Below are positions 10,243-19,265 of a stretch of DNA of 64,000 nucleotides, in pieces. Each line of letters opens with the position of its first letter. The first letter of the stretch is position 1. Source of the DNA: Pseudomonadota bacterium (GTDB lineage: Bacteria; Bdellovibrionota; Bdellovibrionia; Bdellovibrionales; Bdellovibrionaceae); assembly GCA_041178425.1 (NCBI GenBank), contig JBEGVH010000020.1:1-64000 (forward strand). The letters are read 5' to 3'. Made by a program: the position numbers and the translations under genes. The notes under the pieces are model-generated. The model was not told where the DNA came from. It saw only the letters and a program-made list of their open reading frames with translations, and ran no database searches.

Positions 10243-10385
10243 AGCATGGGGTCGTTTTTCTTGACCCCAGTATTTAAAATTCTCCTAATAATAATTAGAC
10301 ATTAGGCAGCAAATCAACATTAGATTGGTGCCAAAATGGGACTTTTGCCCTATGACTTAAAAACCATCCAGGGAAAGGACCTAAA

Positions 10386-11624
10386 ATGCTTAAATTTATT
10401 GCAAAATTCGTCAGTCTTGCCTCTGCATTAAGCCTCGTGCTTACTGGCATAGCGCAAGCGACTTCGTCTCACGCTGAGACAACTTACTGGCTTAAAATTA
10501 AAGCCAATAACAAATATCAACGTACTGCTATCGAAAATCTCGGAATCCCAATTGATATGGTTCAGGAAGACTATGTCATTTCCTATGGATCAATCGAAGA
10601 TGTTCAAGTCTTAAAGTCAAAAAAAATACTCATTGCCCACAGTGCCCTTAATAAACCCTCTGACTTTCCATCTGCCGACAGTGCCTATCATAATTACGAA
10701 GAGCTCACGCAAGCTCTTCGCACAATGGCAGCAGAAAATTCTGATATCGTTGCTCTCGATTCCATCGGTAAAACGGTCGAAGGTCGAGAGATTTGGCACC
10801 TTAGAATTTCCACCGACTTATCTAACAGCCGTCAAAAGCCAGCTGTGATCTTCATGGGTGGTCACCATGCCCGCGAACACCTTTCGATTGATACGCCCTT
10901 AAGACTCACTCAAAAGTTTCTTCAAGACTATCGTTCTGGAGATTCTCGGGTTGTTCGACTCGTCCAAAGTCGAGAAATTCACATGATTCCCATGGTGAAT
11001 CCAGATGGAGCCGAATTCGACATCGTAAATGGCAACTATCGCATGTGGAGAAAAAACCGCCGCCCCAATTCTGATGGAAGTTTCGGAGTTGATTTAAATA
11101 GAAACTATGGCTTTCACTGGGGAACCGGTGGATCAAGCAAAAATCCCCGCCAAGACACGTACATGGGAACAGCTCCCTTCAGCGAGCCTGAAACTCAAGC
11201 CATTAAAAACTTTGTCGAGCAACAAGACAACGCAACATTGCTTTTGAGCTTTCACACTTACTCGCAATTGATTCTTTATCCCTGGGGCCACACTTACGAT
11301 CCAATTGCCGATGCAAAAGATCTTTCCGTTTACCGAAGTATGGCTCAAGCAATGAGTCAGTGGAACCAATACACTACACAACAGTCTTCTGAGCTCTACC
11401 AAGCCAGTGGCGACACCACTGATTGGGCTTACGGAACCCAACATATTTTTTCTTTTACCTTTGAGCTAGACCCTGCCTTCAGCGGAGGCGGATGGGGTTT
11501 TTATCCGGGGTCTGGAGTCATTGCAGAAGTGGTGCAAAAAAACTGGGAACCGTTTCTCTATTTAATGGAATATGCAGACAACCCATATCGGGTTTTGCAG
11601 CCTAAAATTGGTTTAAATTTTTAA
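10386..11624 (+). CDS. Secreted M14 zinc carboxypeptidase (carboxypeptidase T-like, with propeptide)
   Basis: Signal peptide, HHARE, NPDG, RKNR, GVDLNRNY, SFHTY, SFTFEL. Confidence 0.93.
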   Translation: MLKFIAKFVSLASALSLVLTGIAQATSSHAETTYWLKIKANNKYQRTAIENLGIPIDMVQEDYVISYGSIEDVQVLKSKKILIAHSALNKPSDFPSADSAYHNYEELTQALRTMAAENSDIVALDSIGKTVEGREIWHLRISTDLSNSRQKPAVIFMGGHHAREHLSIDTPLRLTQKFLQDYRSGDSRVVRLVQSREIHMIPMVNPDGAEFDIVNGNYRMWRKNRRPNSDGSFGVDLNRNYGFHWGTGGSSKNPRQDTYMGTAPFSEPETQAIKNFVEQQDNATLLLSFHTYSQLILYPWGHTYDPIADAKDLSVYRSMAQAMSQWNQYTTQQSSELYQASGDTTDWAYGTQHIFSFTFELDPAFSGGGWGFYPGSGVIAEVVQKNWEPFLYLMEYADNPYRVLQPKIGLNF

Positions 11625-11642
11625 AGAATCACTCTGGTAGGT

Positions 11643-11699
11643 TTGTCTTGTGGTGCCCTGGTTATGAGGAGGGGAAAGGGCACCACAAAACAATTTTTT
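11643..11699 (+). terminator. Rho-independent terminator with a 17-nt purine-rich loop
   Basis: TTGTGGTGCCCT(11648-59) pairs with AGGGCACCACAA(11677-88), followed by a T-run. Confidence 0.7.
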
Positions 11700-11871
11700 A
11701 ACGATTCCCCTTCGTAGCTCTGCGGTTTTTACCTGTCTATTGCTCTAAAATTTTATTGAAGAATTTACCCCAAATCTAAAGCCTAGGTACCAAGTCGGCA
11801 CCTCTATTTGCCTCCTCTATCTACAGAAACCCTGTCTGGGCCCCTCGCCCTTTGCCTTGTTAAAAAATCTT

Positions 11872-11898
11872 TCAGGCTTAAAGATAAAATGCCGATCA
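11872..11898 (+). promoter_or_regulatory. Sigma28/FliA-type promoter of cheA
   Basis: TCAG-N15-GCCGATCA versus consensus TAAA-N15-GCCGATAA. Confidence 0.7.
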
Positions 11899-11941
11899 AT
11901 ACACCTGATGGTTTAAAGCTTTAAATGTTCTGGGAGGTTTT

Positions 11942-14617
11942 GTGAGCTCGGAGATTTTCTCAAGCCAATGGGGTAAGTTTTCAGTTGCTGAACGTAAGGC
12001 AGCTCTCAATTCTTATGCCGGTGAGCTCGAATTAAAAGTTGTTTATCTCGACGATGAACCCCTCATCCTAGAACTCATCTCCGAAAAAATCGAGCAATTT
12101 GGGTTCACACCTTTTTGTACCCAAGACTCCCAAGCGGCCCTCGAATACATTCGGCGACATCGTTCAGCGATTGCAATGATTATCTCTGATTTTAAAATGC
12201 CGAAAACAGATGGGTTCATCTTCAGACAGCAGGTTTTAGCTTTAGCTCCAGAGATTCCCTTTACAATTCACTCCGGTTTTGTTGATCGAGAGATGGCATT
12301 GCGTGGAATGGAACTCAAAATTGCTTCATTTATTGAAAAGCCCGTTAAAGATGAAGACTTTTTTAAAAACTTTTTCAATGAATGCCAAGGTCGACTCGAA
12401 GCCATAAGAGAAGAACGGGAGTTGCTCAAAGGATTTACCGACGATGCAAGCAACTTGGTAGAACAGGCAGAGGAGCTTATTTTGCTCCTCGAAGAAAATC
12501 CCCAAGACCAAGACACCGTTTCAAAAATCTTCGGTATCATTCATACAATCAAGGGTTCGTCTGGTTTTTTTGAACCGCGAACACTTCACTCTTTTGCTCA
12601 CCGCTTCGAAGATACCCTTAAAGAAATTCAATCTGGAAAAAGAACATTAACCCCTGGATTGGTGTCTATTTGGTTAAAGTCCTGCGATACACTTAAAACC
12701 CTGATTACCGAATTTAGAAATGCCGATCATAATTTATACAATATCGAAGAGCTGACTAAGATCTTTAGCGATCAGCGCAGCACTGCGGATACACCGATCA
12801 GTCTTCAAGCCTCCCATGAATCGGGAGACCATCCTCCGGCAGACACCCAAAAACTCAACCACAAAACAAAAGGTCCCCAAGAAATTAAGGTTTCTGTAAC
12901 TCTCCTTGATGAGTTCATGCAAATTTCTGGTGAAATGACCGTGATTCGAAACATGATCAACAAAATTGTACGGACCATCGAAAAACAATATCCCGCCGAC
13001 AAAGACGTCAATCTCTTAAGCGAACTGCTTGGTGAACTTCATAAGGTGAATAGTTTGGTGCAAGCAAAAATAACTGAGATTAGAAAGGTTCCAGTTCGCT
13101 CCGTCGTTAAACCACTCAGCCGAATTATAAGGGACACAGCACAGACCCTTGCAAAAGAAGTCGAACTAAAAGTCAATGGCGATGAAATTTTGATAGACAC
13201 CTCGGTGGCCGAAGCCTTGTCGAATTCTCTCATTCACCTTGTTCGAAATTCTCTCGATCATGGAATTGAGATGCCCACAGAACGAGAGCAAAAGGGCAAA
13301 AACAAGCGTGGCGAAGTTAAAATCAGTGCCCGATTAAATAATGAAACTATTTTTATTGATATTCAAGACGATGGCAAAGGTATCAATCCGGATGCGATAC
13401 GCAATAAACTCATCAGCAATGGGACTCATACTCGCGACCAAGTCATGAAGATGTCTCTCCCTGACCTCTACCAAATGATTTTTTCAGCTGGATTTAGTAC
13501 AGCTCAAAAAATCACCGATCTTTCTGGTCGTGGCGTAGGAATGTCGATGGTCAAAGATGTGGTTGAGGCCATCGGCGGAAAAATAGTTATTGAATCTCAG
13601 ATCAATAAAGGCACTCAATTTACTTTAAATATTCCCGTACCGAAGTCGGTCCTCATCACTAACTGTCTTTTTGTAAGCGCCCAAAACATGCAGTTTGGGG
13701 TTCCACAAGATCAGATCCGCAGAATTCTCAATGTCGACGAAGCCAAGAATAGAGGTTTCATCGAATCACTTGATGGAACAGAAATTCTACGAATCGAAGA
13801 GGAACTCATTCCAATAATTTCGTTGAAGGCGGTCCTTAATGGAAAATTCCAAAGTGAATCAAATAAAATTGATGAGGGTTACCTCATTATTTTAAATGCA
13901 AAGACAAGAAACTTTTGCCTCTGGGTCGATTCTGTTCAAGATGTCGAAGACACTGTTGTAAAAACAATCACCACTGGGCAAATAAAAAACATTGGCCTGT
14001 ATCTTGGAGCGACATTCCTGGGCGATGGCGGCGTAGGTCTGATTCTTAACGTAGAAGGCTTAGCGCAAAAAGCTGGTATTTCCCTCGAGAAGCTCCAAAG
14101 TAAAAAACTTGAAGAGCATGCCGACTCCGACGCCCAAGAAAAAACCCTCTGCCCCACTATTAATGTGATTTTATGCAAGCTCCAAAGTAAAACTCTCTAC
14201 GCTATTCCTCAAGAATCTATTTTTAGACTGGAAGAATTTAAAACGGATCAGCTTCAACAGAATGGTTCGCTGATCGTAGCCCCCTATCGCGATCGAATGA
14301 TCACGTTTGTCGATATGGAGCGATTTATAACAACACCCCACAACTTCAACCCCGTGCTCTCGCCACAAAGCAGTTATCCTACGCTTGTGATTGCCCATAA
14401 AACGGGTTACATCGGCCTTATTGTTCAAAGTGTTTTAGATCTCGTAACCACTTACAGCCAGCCACAAGAGGGCCTCATCAACCAACCTGGTTGCCAAGGT
14501 TGGCTCTTAATTGGCGAAAAATCAGTGGTGTTGGTTGATGTAAAGAAAGTGATTGAACAACTCAGTCAGCCCTCAGAGAGTCAAAGCCTCGAAGCTTCTG
14601 GTTCCCTATCCGCTTGA
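11942..14617 (+). CDS. cheA: Hybrid CheA histidine kinase (REC-HPt-dimerisation-HATPase-CheW-CheW)
   Basis: N-terminal REC (YLDDE, ISDFKMP, IEKP), HPt HTIKGSSG, HLVRNSLDHGIE, DDGKGI, GFST..SGRGVGM, two CheW-like domains. GTG start after GGAGG. Confidence 0.9.
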   Translation: MSSEIFSSQWGKFSVAERKAALNSYAGELELKVVYLDDEPLILELISEKIEQFGFTPFCTQDSQAALEYIRRHRSAIAMIISDFKMPKTDGFIFRQQVLALAPEIPFTIHSGFVDREMALRGMELKIASFIEKPVKDEDFFKNFFNECQGRLEAIREERELLKGFTDDASNLVEQAEELILLLEENPQDQDTVSKIFGIIHTIKGSSGFFEPRTLHSFAHRFEDTLKEIQSGKRTLTPGLVSIWLKSCDTLKTLITEFRNADHNLYNIEELTKIFSDQRSTADTPISLQASHESGDHPPADTQKLNHKTKGPQEIKVSVTLLDEFMQISGEMTVIRNMINKIVRTIEKQYPADKDVNLLSELLGELHKVNSLVQAKITEIRKVPVRSVVKPLSRIIRDTAQTLAKEVELKVNGDEILIDTSVAEALSNSLIHLVRNSLDHGIEMPTEREQKGKNKRGEVKISARLNNETIFIDIQDDGKGINPDAIRNKLISNGTHTRDQVMKMSLPDLYQMIFSAGFSTAQKITDLSGRGVGMSMVKDVVEAIGGKIVIESQINKGTQFTLNIPVPKSVLITNCLFVSAQNMQFGVPQDQIRRILNVDEAKNRGFIESLDGTEILRIEEELIPIISLKAVLNGKFQSESNKIDEGYLIILNAKTRNFCLWVDSVQDVEDTVVKTITTGQIKNIGLYLGATFLGDGGVGLILNVEGLAQKAGISLEKLQSKKLEEHADSDAQEKTLCPTINVILCKLQSKTLYAIPQESIFRLEEFKTDQLQQNGSLIVAPYRDRMITFVDMERFITTPHNFNPVLSPQSSYPTLVIAHKTGYIGLIVQSVLDLVTTYSQPQEGLINQPGCQGWLLIGEKSVVLVDVKKVIEQLSQPSESQSLEASGSLSA

Positions 14618-14652
14618 GGCTTTAGCGTTAGCAGACGATTCCACAGGAAAAT

Positions 14653-15501
14653 TTATTTGTTGGCTGGTGGCCAACGGTAATTCTTATTTACGTTGCAAGA
14701 CTCACTGATGGCACAAAAAGAACCACTCCCATTATCCGTTTTATTTTTATTATCCAAATTACACTTCAATGTGTTCGTATTCCACTCTCCGTCGGCTGCC
14801 AGACAGGTTTCCTGAATATAGGCAATTTCCTCTACACTTCGACAGGTAAGTAGCTCATCATCTGTTGAGTCCGTGGGAGTATCTTTTTGATCAATCGATA
14901 AAATCACCGGATGCCTCGAAAAGTATGTGGCCCTGCTTAGATCCGTCGGGTCAGAGCTATTTCGGTTAGCACCCGTTTGATCAATAAGAGTTACCGTAAT
15001 TTGAGCCCTAACTAAGTTTTTTTCAGAGTTCACACCCACGTATTTCGTGACAGGAGGGTTAACGGTAAGATCTTGATAACCGGTTAATTCAATTTTAGTA
15101 ACGGTGTGCTTGCCCACTCGAGTTCCCAGATCGAGAATCATGAAGGGGGTTCTCAATCCGAAATCAGGGCGAGGCGATGAAGGAACTGGCCCAGGAGCCA
15201 AATCAAAAACCATCGTAGTGGGCACATCAATTTCAAAGTCTTTGGGCAGTGGAACCTTATTTACGACTTCAAACTCCTCATTAAGAAGTTTGCCAATTCC
15301 GCAACCATCGGCCTTTATGATGCTGCTGATTTCTTCGTGGAGATCTCGCCGCTCTTGTTTTACCGTAAGGCGAACTGATTGATCGGTGGCTGTTACTAAT
15401 AAATGCGATAAAAAATATCCGGCAATACCTAGAATCGCAACCACAATCACGGCCTCGATCAGAGTGAATCCAGATTTTCCATAATTAGGTGGTCGCATCA
15501 T
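14653..15501 (-). CDS. Type IV pilin-like protein (prepilin cleavage/methylation motif) with Cys-rich C-terminus
   Basis: KSG|FTLIEAVIVVAILGI. Start reassigned to ATG 15501 (GGAGT RBS, sigma28 promoter just upstream). Confidence 0.82.
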   Translation of the reverse strand: MMRPPNYGKSGFTLIEAVIVVAILGIAGYFLSHLLVTATDQSVRLTVKQERRDLHEEISSIIKADGCGIGKLLNEEFEVVNKVPLPKDFEIDVPTTMVFDLAPGPVPSSPRPDFGLRTPFMILDLGTRVGKHTVTKIELTGYQDLTVNPPVTKYVGVNSEKNLVRAQITVTLIDQTGANRNSSDPTDLSRATYFSRHPVILSIDQKDTPTDSTDDELLTCRSVEEIAYIQETCLAADGEWNTNTLKCNLDNKNKTDNGSGSFCAISESCNVNKNYRWPPANK

Positions 15502-15527
15502 AGTTTTTGAACTCCGGTTACTAACCT

Positions 15528-15554
15528 TTATCGGACATCCATTCTCTAGCTTGA
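15528..15554 (-). promoter_or_regulatory. Sigma28/FliA-type promoter of the pilin-like gene
   Basis: TCAA-N15-TCCGATAA on the minus strand. Confidence 0.7.
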
Positions 15555-15708
15555 GCCGGGTGTAAAAATAAATGTGACTCTGAACGAAACGTTTCATGTT
15601 AAGACCATTTCCTCTGGCAATCCTAAACTGAAATATTGTTTTAACTGGATACGCTCAACAAATTCAGCACGGATTTATTCTGCAGCAATGCAAATAATGT
15701 GTTAACCT

Positions 15709-16476
15709 ATGACAATGGGGCTGAATGTTCTACGATTCCAATCGGGAAGTGCTTTTACTGGCGCTATTATCTTCGCTGCACTCGCGGGGGTGATTGGCTT
15801 TGTGCTCTTCTCGGGCATTGCTCAAACAATTAAAATCGACACTCTTCATGATATGAAATCCTACCAAGGCGATTTGTACGGCGAGATTCTCTTTGACGTT
15901 AGCACCGCGAACTGTGGTGTGACCACGCTTCGCGATGGAGCCCAACCATCTTTCGTTAAGGTTACAGAACCAACATCGGTTGGCATCATCAGCAACGAAT
16001 CTAGAAAAAATGATGGAATTGAATCGAATCTTTTATCAATTTACCAGGGTTCTATTTTCAAAAATTTTCAAGTAAAAGCAATTTTCTTTATGGCTTACGA
16101 CGGAAGTGAATCGCATCTCCAAGGGTATTTAATCCAAAATAACTGCGCCAAAAAGTCTTACTGCCCGATAAACTCTACCAAAACGCATTACCTTGCCCAG
16201 ATTGGGGTTGTCTTTGATTCCCCCAAACACGGCACCGTTGATACAATTTTGAAATATCCGGTGATTATTGATGTGAATGATGAGGGCGCCGTGACCAAAT
16301 GTGTGTCTGCAAAACAAAATTCCAAAGAATTTTGTCTTGCCTCGGACGGCGAATGGAAAGTCGATGACTTCAAGTGTTCGTTTAAAAAACTGAATCCAAC
16401 AGATGGTGGTAGTGGCGGTTTTTGTGCATTGAGCGAATCCTGCAATGTAAACAAAAATTACCGTTGGCCCATCTAA
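15709..16476 (+). CDS. Pilin-like paralogue lacking Glu5 (PilX/GspK-type N-terminus)
   Basis: QSG|SAFTGAIIFAALAGVIG hydrophobic N-terminus. Aligns by eye along its length to 14653-15501 and shares the C-terminal FCAxSESCNVNKNYRWP. Confidence 0.7.
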   Translation: MTMGLNVLRFQSGSAFTGAIIFAALAGVIGFVLFSGIAQTIKIDTLHDMKSYQGDLYGEILFDVSTANCGVTTLRDGAQPSFVKVTEPTSVGIISNESRKNDGIESNLLSIYQGSIFKNFQVKAIFFMAYDGSESHLQGYLIQNNCAKKSYCPINSTKTHYLAQIGVVFDSPKHGTVDTILKYPVIIDVNDEGAVTKCVSAKQNSKEFCLASDGEWKVDDFKCSFKKLNPTDGGSGGFCALSESCNVNKNYRWPI

Positions 16477-16513
16477 GAATATTTTGACGGAACGTAATTC
16501 GGAGGAACGTAAA

Positions 16514-18733
16514 ATGAGATTTTTATTGTTAATCACGTTCATAGCTGTAGGTTTTGGGAATTATTCCTTGGCGGCAACTGACGGTGCCGAAAAAAATGAT
16601 CCAGAAAATAATGCGCGCCCACTTCAATGTCTTCGACTTGGCGATAATGGCAAAACTCAAACTCTCAGCTGCACCGATTTTGATATGGCACTCAAAGACA
16701 CTTGGGCCAAGGGAACAGCTATCACTGGCGCCTGTCTTTATAATAATGAACTTGGTGGCAAAATGCAGAGAGGAAACCTTGTTGTTACCAAAATTGATAA
16801 GGTTACAAAAAAACGGACCATTGAATTTAAAAAAGCTGTCGATTGTGATGGTGGATGGTCAAAGGTAAACGTCTTTACCGATAGTGTTAACTTTTTAGGG
16901 CCCAGCCTAGCCTCAGCCTACGAAGCCAACAAAAAAGACAAAAACGATGCTAGTGAATTCAATGCCAAGCACAGCGATGATTTCGATCCTATAAAGCAAA
17001 CAATCTCGACATGTTTTTTGTTGAGCACCAATGGGGGCGCAGTTTCCAGTGGTATTACTTGTAATGCCACCGATGGAGCAACCAATTACTGCCCTCCTGA
17101 ACGAAAGGCAATTACGAAAGCAAACGGCTTCTCTGCCGCCGCTGAAAAAAAATGGAAAGGCAAATGGTGGATTATTTATCGATCGAAAAACTTCAAAAAT
17201 GCATCCATCTGTAAGGGAGGCGTTGAAGTGATTGATTTGAGTAAATCCTCTGAAGATCTTCTCGACTCAGATGATGCCATTATCAATACGGTGACGGTCA
17301 CCAAAAGTGGAACCGTGCATTTACCCTCGTCACCTGTGGCGGCTTCCAACACAAAACTCACAAAGAATGAAGATACAAAAAGTGTAAAAGTCGACGAAAT
17401 TTGTACCCAAGGCGCCGATTGTACTCCACGAGTGGTCTCGTGTAAGACCAATGGAAAATGGAGAAGTTGTTTAAATCAGTGCGCCAACGCTAGCACTGGA
17501 AAATCATCCTCTTGCCATGATGTTGGTGTTTCACAATGGAACTGGAGCAACTCAGATTACGGCCCAGGGCAAACGGGTTATTCTGCTTTCGGACTGGGTA
17601 TTAATCACTGTTTTAGAACTAGCGAAACCAAAGATGTGCCCCCATTTAAGGGCAGAAGTAGCACTAGTCCGAGAAGCGACAAAGGCAAGTGGTATATCGT
17701 GGATGCCTATGACCAAAACTTTCTCACCAATGTCTGGCAAAATCCAAAAGGCACCATGAATCGAGTGACGGCCAGCAACTGCGAGGAAGTGAAAGTGACT
17801 GGTTCAGCGGCCTTTGAAGGTAGCCAACAAGAAACCATTCTTACCAGTAGTAGCCCCACAAACACCACTCTTGGAAAATCCATTGGTTCTACAGCCACAG
17901 ACAGTTCAATCCTTGTTAAGGTATCGAAGGGAATCATGATTGCCGGTGGCACCGATGCCAATGAGGATGGCACAACTGACGATGCAAACGCCGAAGTGCT
18001 TGGAATTGGATACACTGCTGATGGTCTGGGCTCATTAGAATCTGGGGGCCTCGACAAACTCTCCAAAAGAAAAGTGGCCGGTTCGATCGATGGCCAATTA
18101 AAATTGGCCGTGAACGGCGGTGCCATCATCAATGGAAATTTAGAAATGCCCGACACGTTGGCCTCCGGAAAAATCCAGGCCGGTAAATTAGGAATCGATG
18201 GCTACAATAGTTCCGTCGCGGCCAGCACAGGTGCACTTTCCCTCTCGGGGCCGACAGGAGTTTCGGTCAATGCCGGATCTGGTTCACTGTCCGTAGCAGG
18301 GAAAATTTCAGCATCAAGCACTATTACGAGTAACTCCGATGCGCGCTTAAAGAAAAACGTCATTCCGATCCGTGCTGCTCTCGAAAAAGTACTCAACCTT
18401 CGAGGGGTCACATACCACTATCGCACAGAACAATACCCTGAACTCAACTTTGGCGAAGAACGGCAACTAGGCTTCATTGCTCAAGAGGTTAAAAAACAAG
18501 TCCCCGAAGTCGTCTCGGTTGATGAACGTGGATTCCTCCGTTTGGCTTATGCGAACCTCACGGCTCTTTTGGTGGAAGCAGTAAAGGAAATCAATACTAA
18601 ACTTGAGGTGTTTATTGTGAGTCAGAATGAACAACAAACGACAACCGAGTTGCGCCTTCTAAAACTAGAGCAGGAAAACCAACAGATGCGCTCACAGCTA
18701 GACTCTATCCTTAAGCAATGCAAAGATCGTTGA
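16514..18733 (+). CDS. Secreted Cys-rich fibre/adhesin with C-terminal Peptidase_S74 intramolecular chaperone (MAT-like)
   Basis: GGAGG then ATG 16514; Sec signal (YSLA|A); Gly-rich beta segment; SDARLKKNV..LEKVLNLRGVTYHY..GFIAQEV..YANLTALLVEAVKE; terminal coiled coil. Confidence 0.85.
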   Translation: MRFLLLITFIAVGFGNYSLAATDGAEKNDPENNARPLQCLRLGDNGKTQTLSCTDFDMALKDTWAKGTAITGACLYNNELGGKMQRGNLVVTKIDKVTKKRTIEFKKAVDCDGGWSKVNVFTDSVNFLGPSLASAYEANKKDKNDASEFNAKHSDDFDPIKQTISTCFLLSTNGGAVSSGITCNATDGATNYCPPERKAITKANGFSAAAEKKWKGKWWIIYRSKNFKNASICKGGVEVIDLSKSSEDLLDSDDAIINTVTVTKSGTVHLPSSPVAASNTKLTKNEDTKSVKVDEICTQGADCTPRVVSCKTNGKWRSCLNQCANASTGKSSSCHDVGVSQWNWSNSDYGPGQTGYSAFGLGINHCFRTSETKDVPPFKGRSSTSPRSDKGKWYIVDAYDQNFLTNVWQNPKGTMNRVTASNCEEVKVTGSAAFEGSQQETILTSSSPTNTTLGKSIGSTATDSSILVKVSKGIMIAGGTDANEDGTTDDANAEVLGIGYTADGLGSLESGGLDKLSKRKVAGSIDGQLKLAVNGGAIINGNLEMPDTLASGKIQAGKLGIDGYNSSVAASTGALSLSGPTGVSVNAGSGSLSVAGKISASSTITSNSDARLKKNVIPIRAALEKVLNLRGVTYHYRTEQYPELNFGEERQLGFIAQEVKKQVPEVVSVDERGFLRLAYANLTALLVEAVKEINTKLEVFIVSQNEQQTTTELRLLKLEQENQQMRSQLDSILKQCKDR

Positions 18734-18753
18734 AAGCAGGAGAGCCACTCACT

Positions 18754-19221
18754 ATGAGCATAATTTCAACAAAAACTTTACCACTTTTGATTTTCAACTT
18801 AGTTTTGATTTTATTTTGGAAATTTGAGGCCCACTCGGCTCCCTCGACCTCCTCCGCCCCCTCTACCTGTACTTCCTATTCCTATGATTGCTCTTATTGC
18901 GCGAGAACAGAGTGCTATTGCACCGAAACGGCCGTGGAAGACCCTGACTATAAGAATCGAACCATTGATACGATTGAATTTAAATGGTCTCACGATGACA
19001 CCAACAAGAATAACGATGAATGCAAGGCCGACAATGGCACTTGTAAATGCAATAAGGGAGTCACCAGTTACTACAACAATATTTTACCGGCGACACAAGC
19101 CGCCTGCGTATGGCGGGATCCCAAGTCCTTAACGGCCGTGATCACATGCTCCTGGCAAGATGGTATTTGTGCCACAAAATGCACAAAAATGGTTCAGCAA
19201 ACTTGTACTGGATGCAGATAA
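18754..19221 (+). CDS. Small secreted Cys-rich protein (14 Cys)
   Basis: AGGAG RBS, hydrophobic signal ending AHS|A, 14 Cys in the mature part; directly follows the fibre gene. Confidence 0.7.
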   Translation: MSIISTKTLPLLIFNLVLILFWKFEAHSAPSTSSAPSTCTSYSYDCSYCARTECYCTETAVEDPDYKNRTIDTIEFKWSHDDTNKNNDECKADNGTCKCNKGVTSYYNNILPATQAACVWRDPKSLTAVITCSWQDGICATKCTKMVQQTCTGCR

Positions 19222-19225
19222 ACGC

Positions 19226-19255
19226 AAAAAAAAAGCAGGCCGGTAAAGGCCTGCT
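19226..19255 (-). terminator. Rho-independent terminator of rnpB (may act in both directions)
   Basis: AGCAGGCC/GGCCTGCT stem followed by T9 on the minus strand. Confidence 0.85.
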
Positions 19256-19265
19256 CTACAAGTCG

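Noticed and set aside
14660..16476. Invertible (shufflon-like) segment bounded by the inverted 3' ends of the two pilin-like genes
   Set aside because: The repeats are diverged at synonymous sites (longest exact match 14 bp) and no recombinase is in the window. Protein-level conservation explains them better. Long reads showing both orientations would revive the idea.
14620..19260. Genomic island integrated at the 3' end of rnpB
   Set aside because: No duplicated rnpB 3' fragment at the other boundary, no integrase, and the rnpB terminator is intact.
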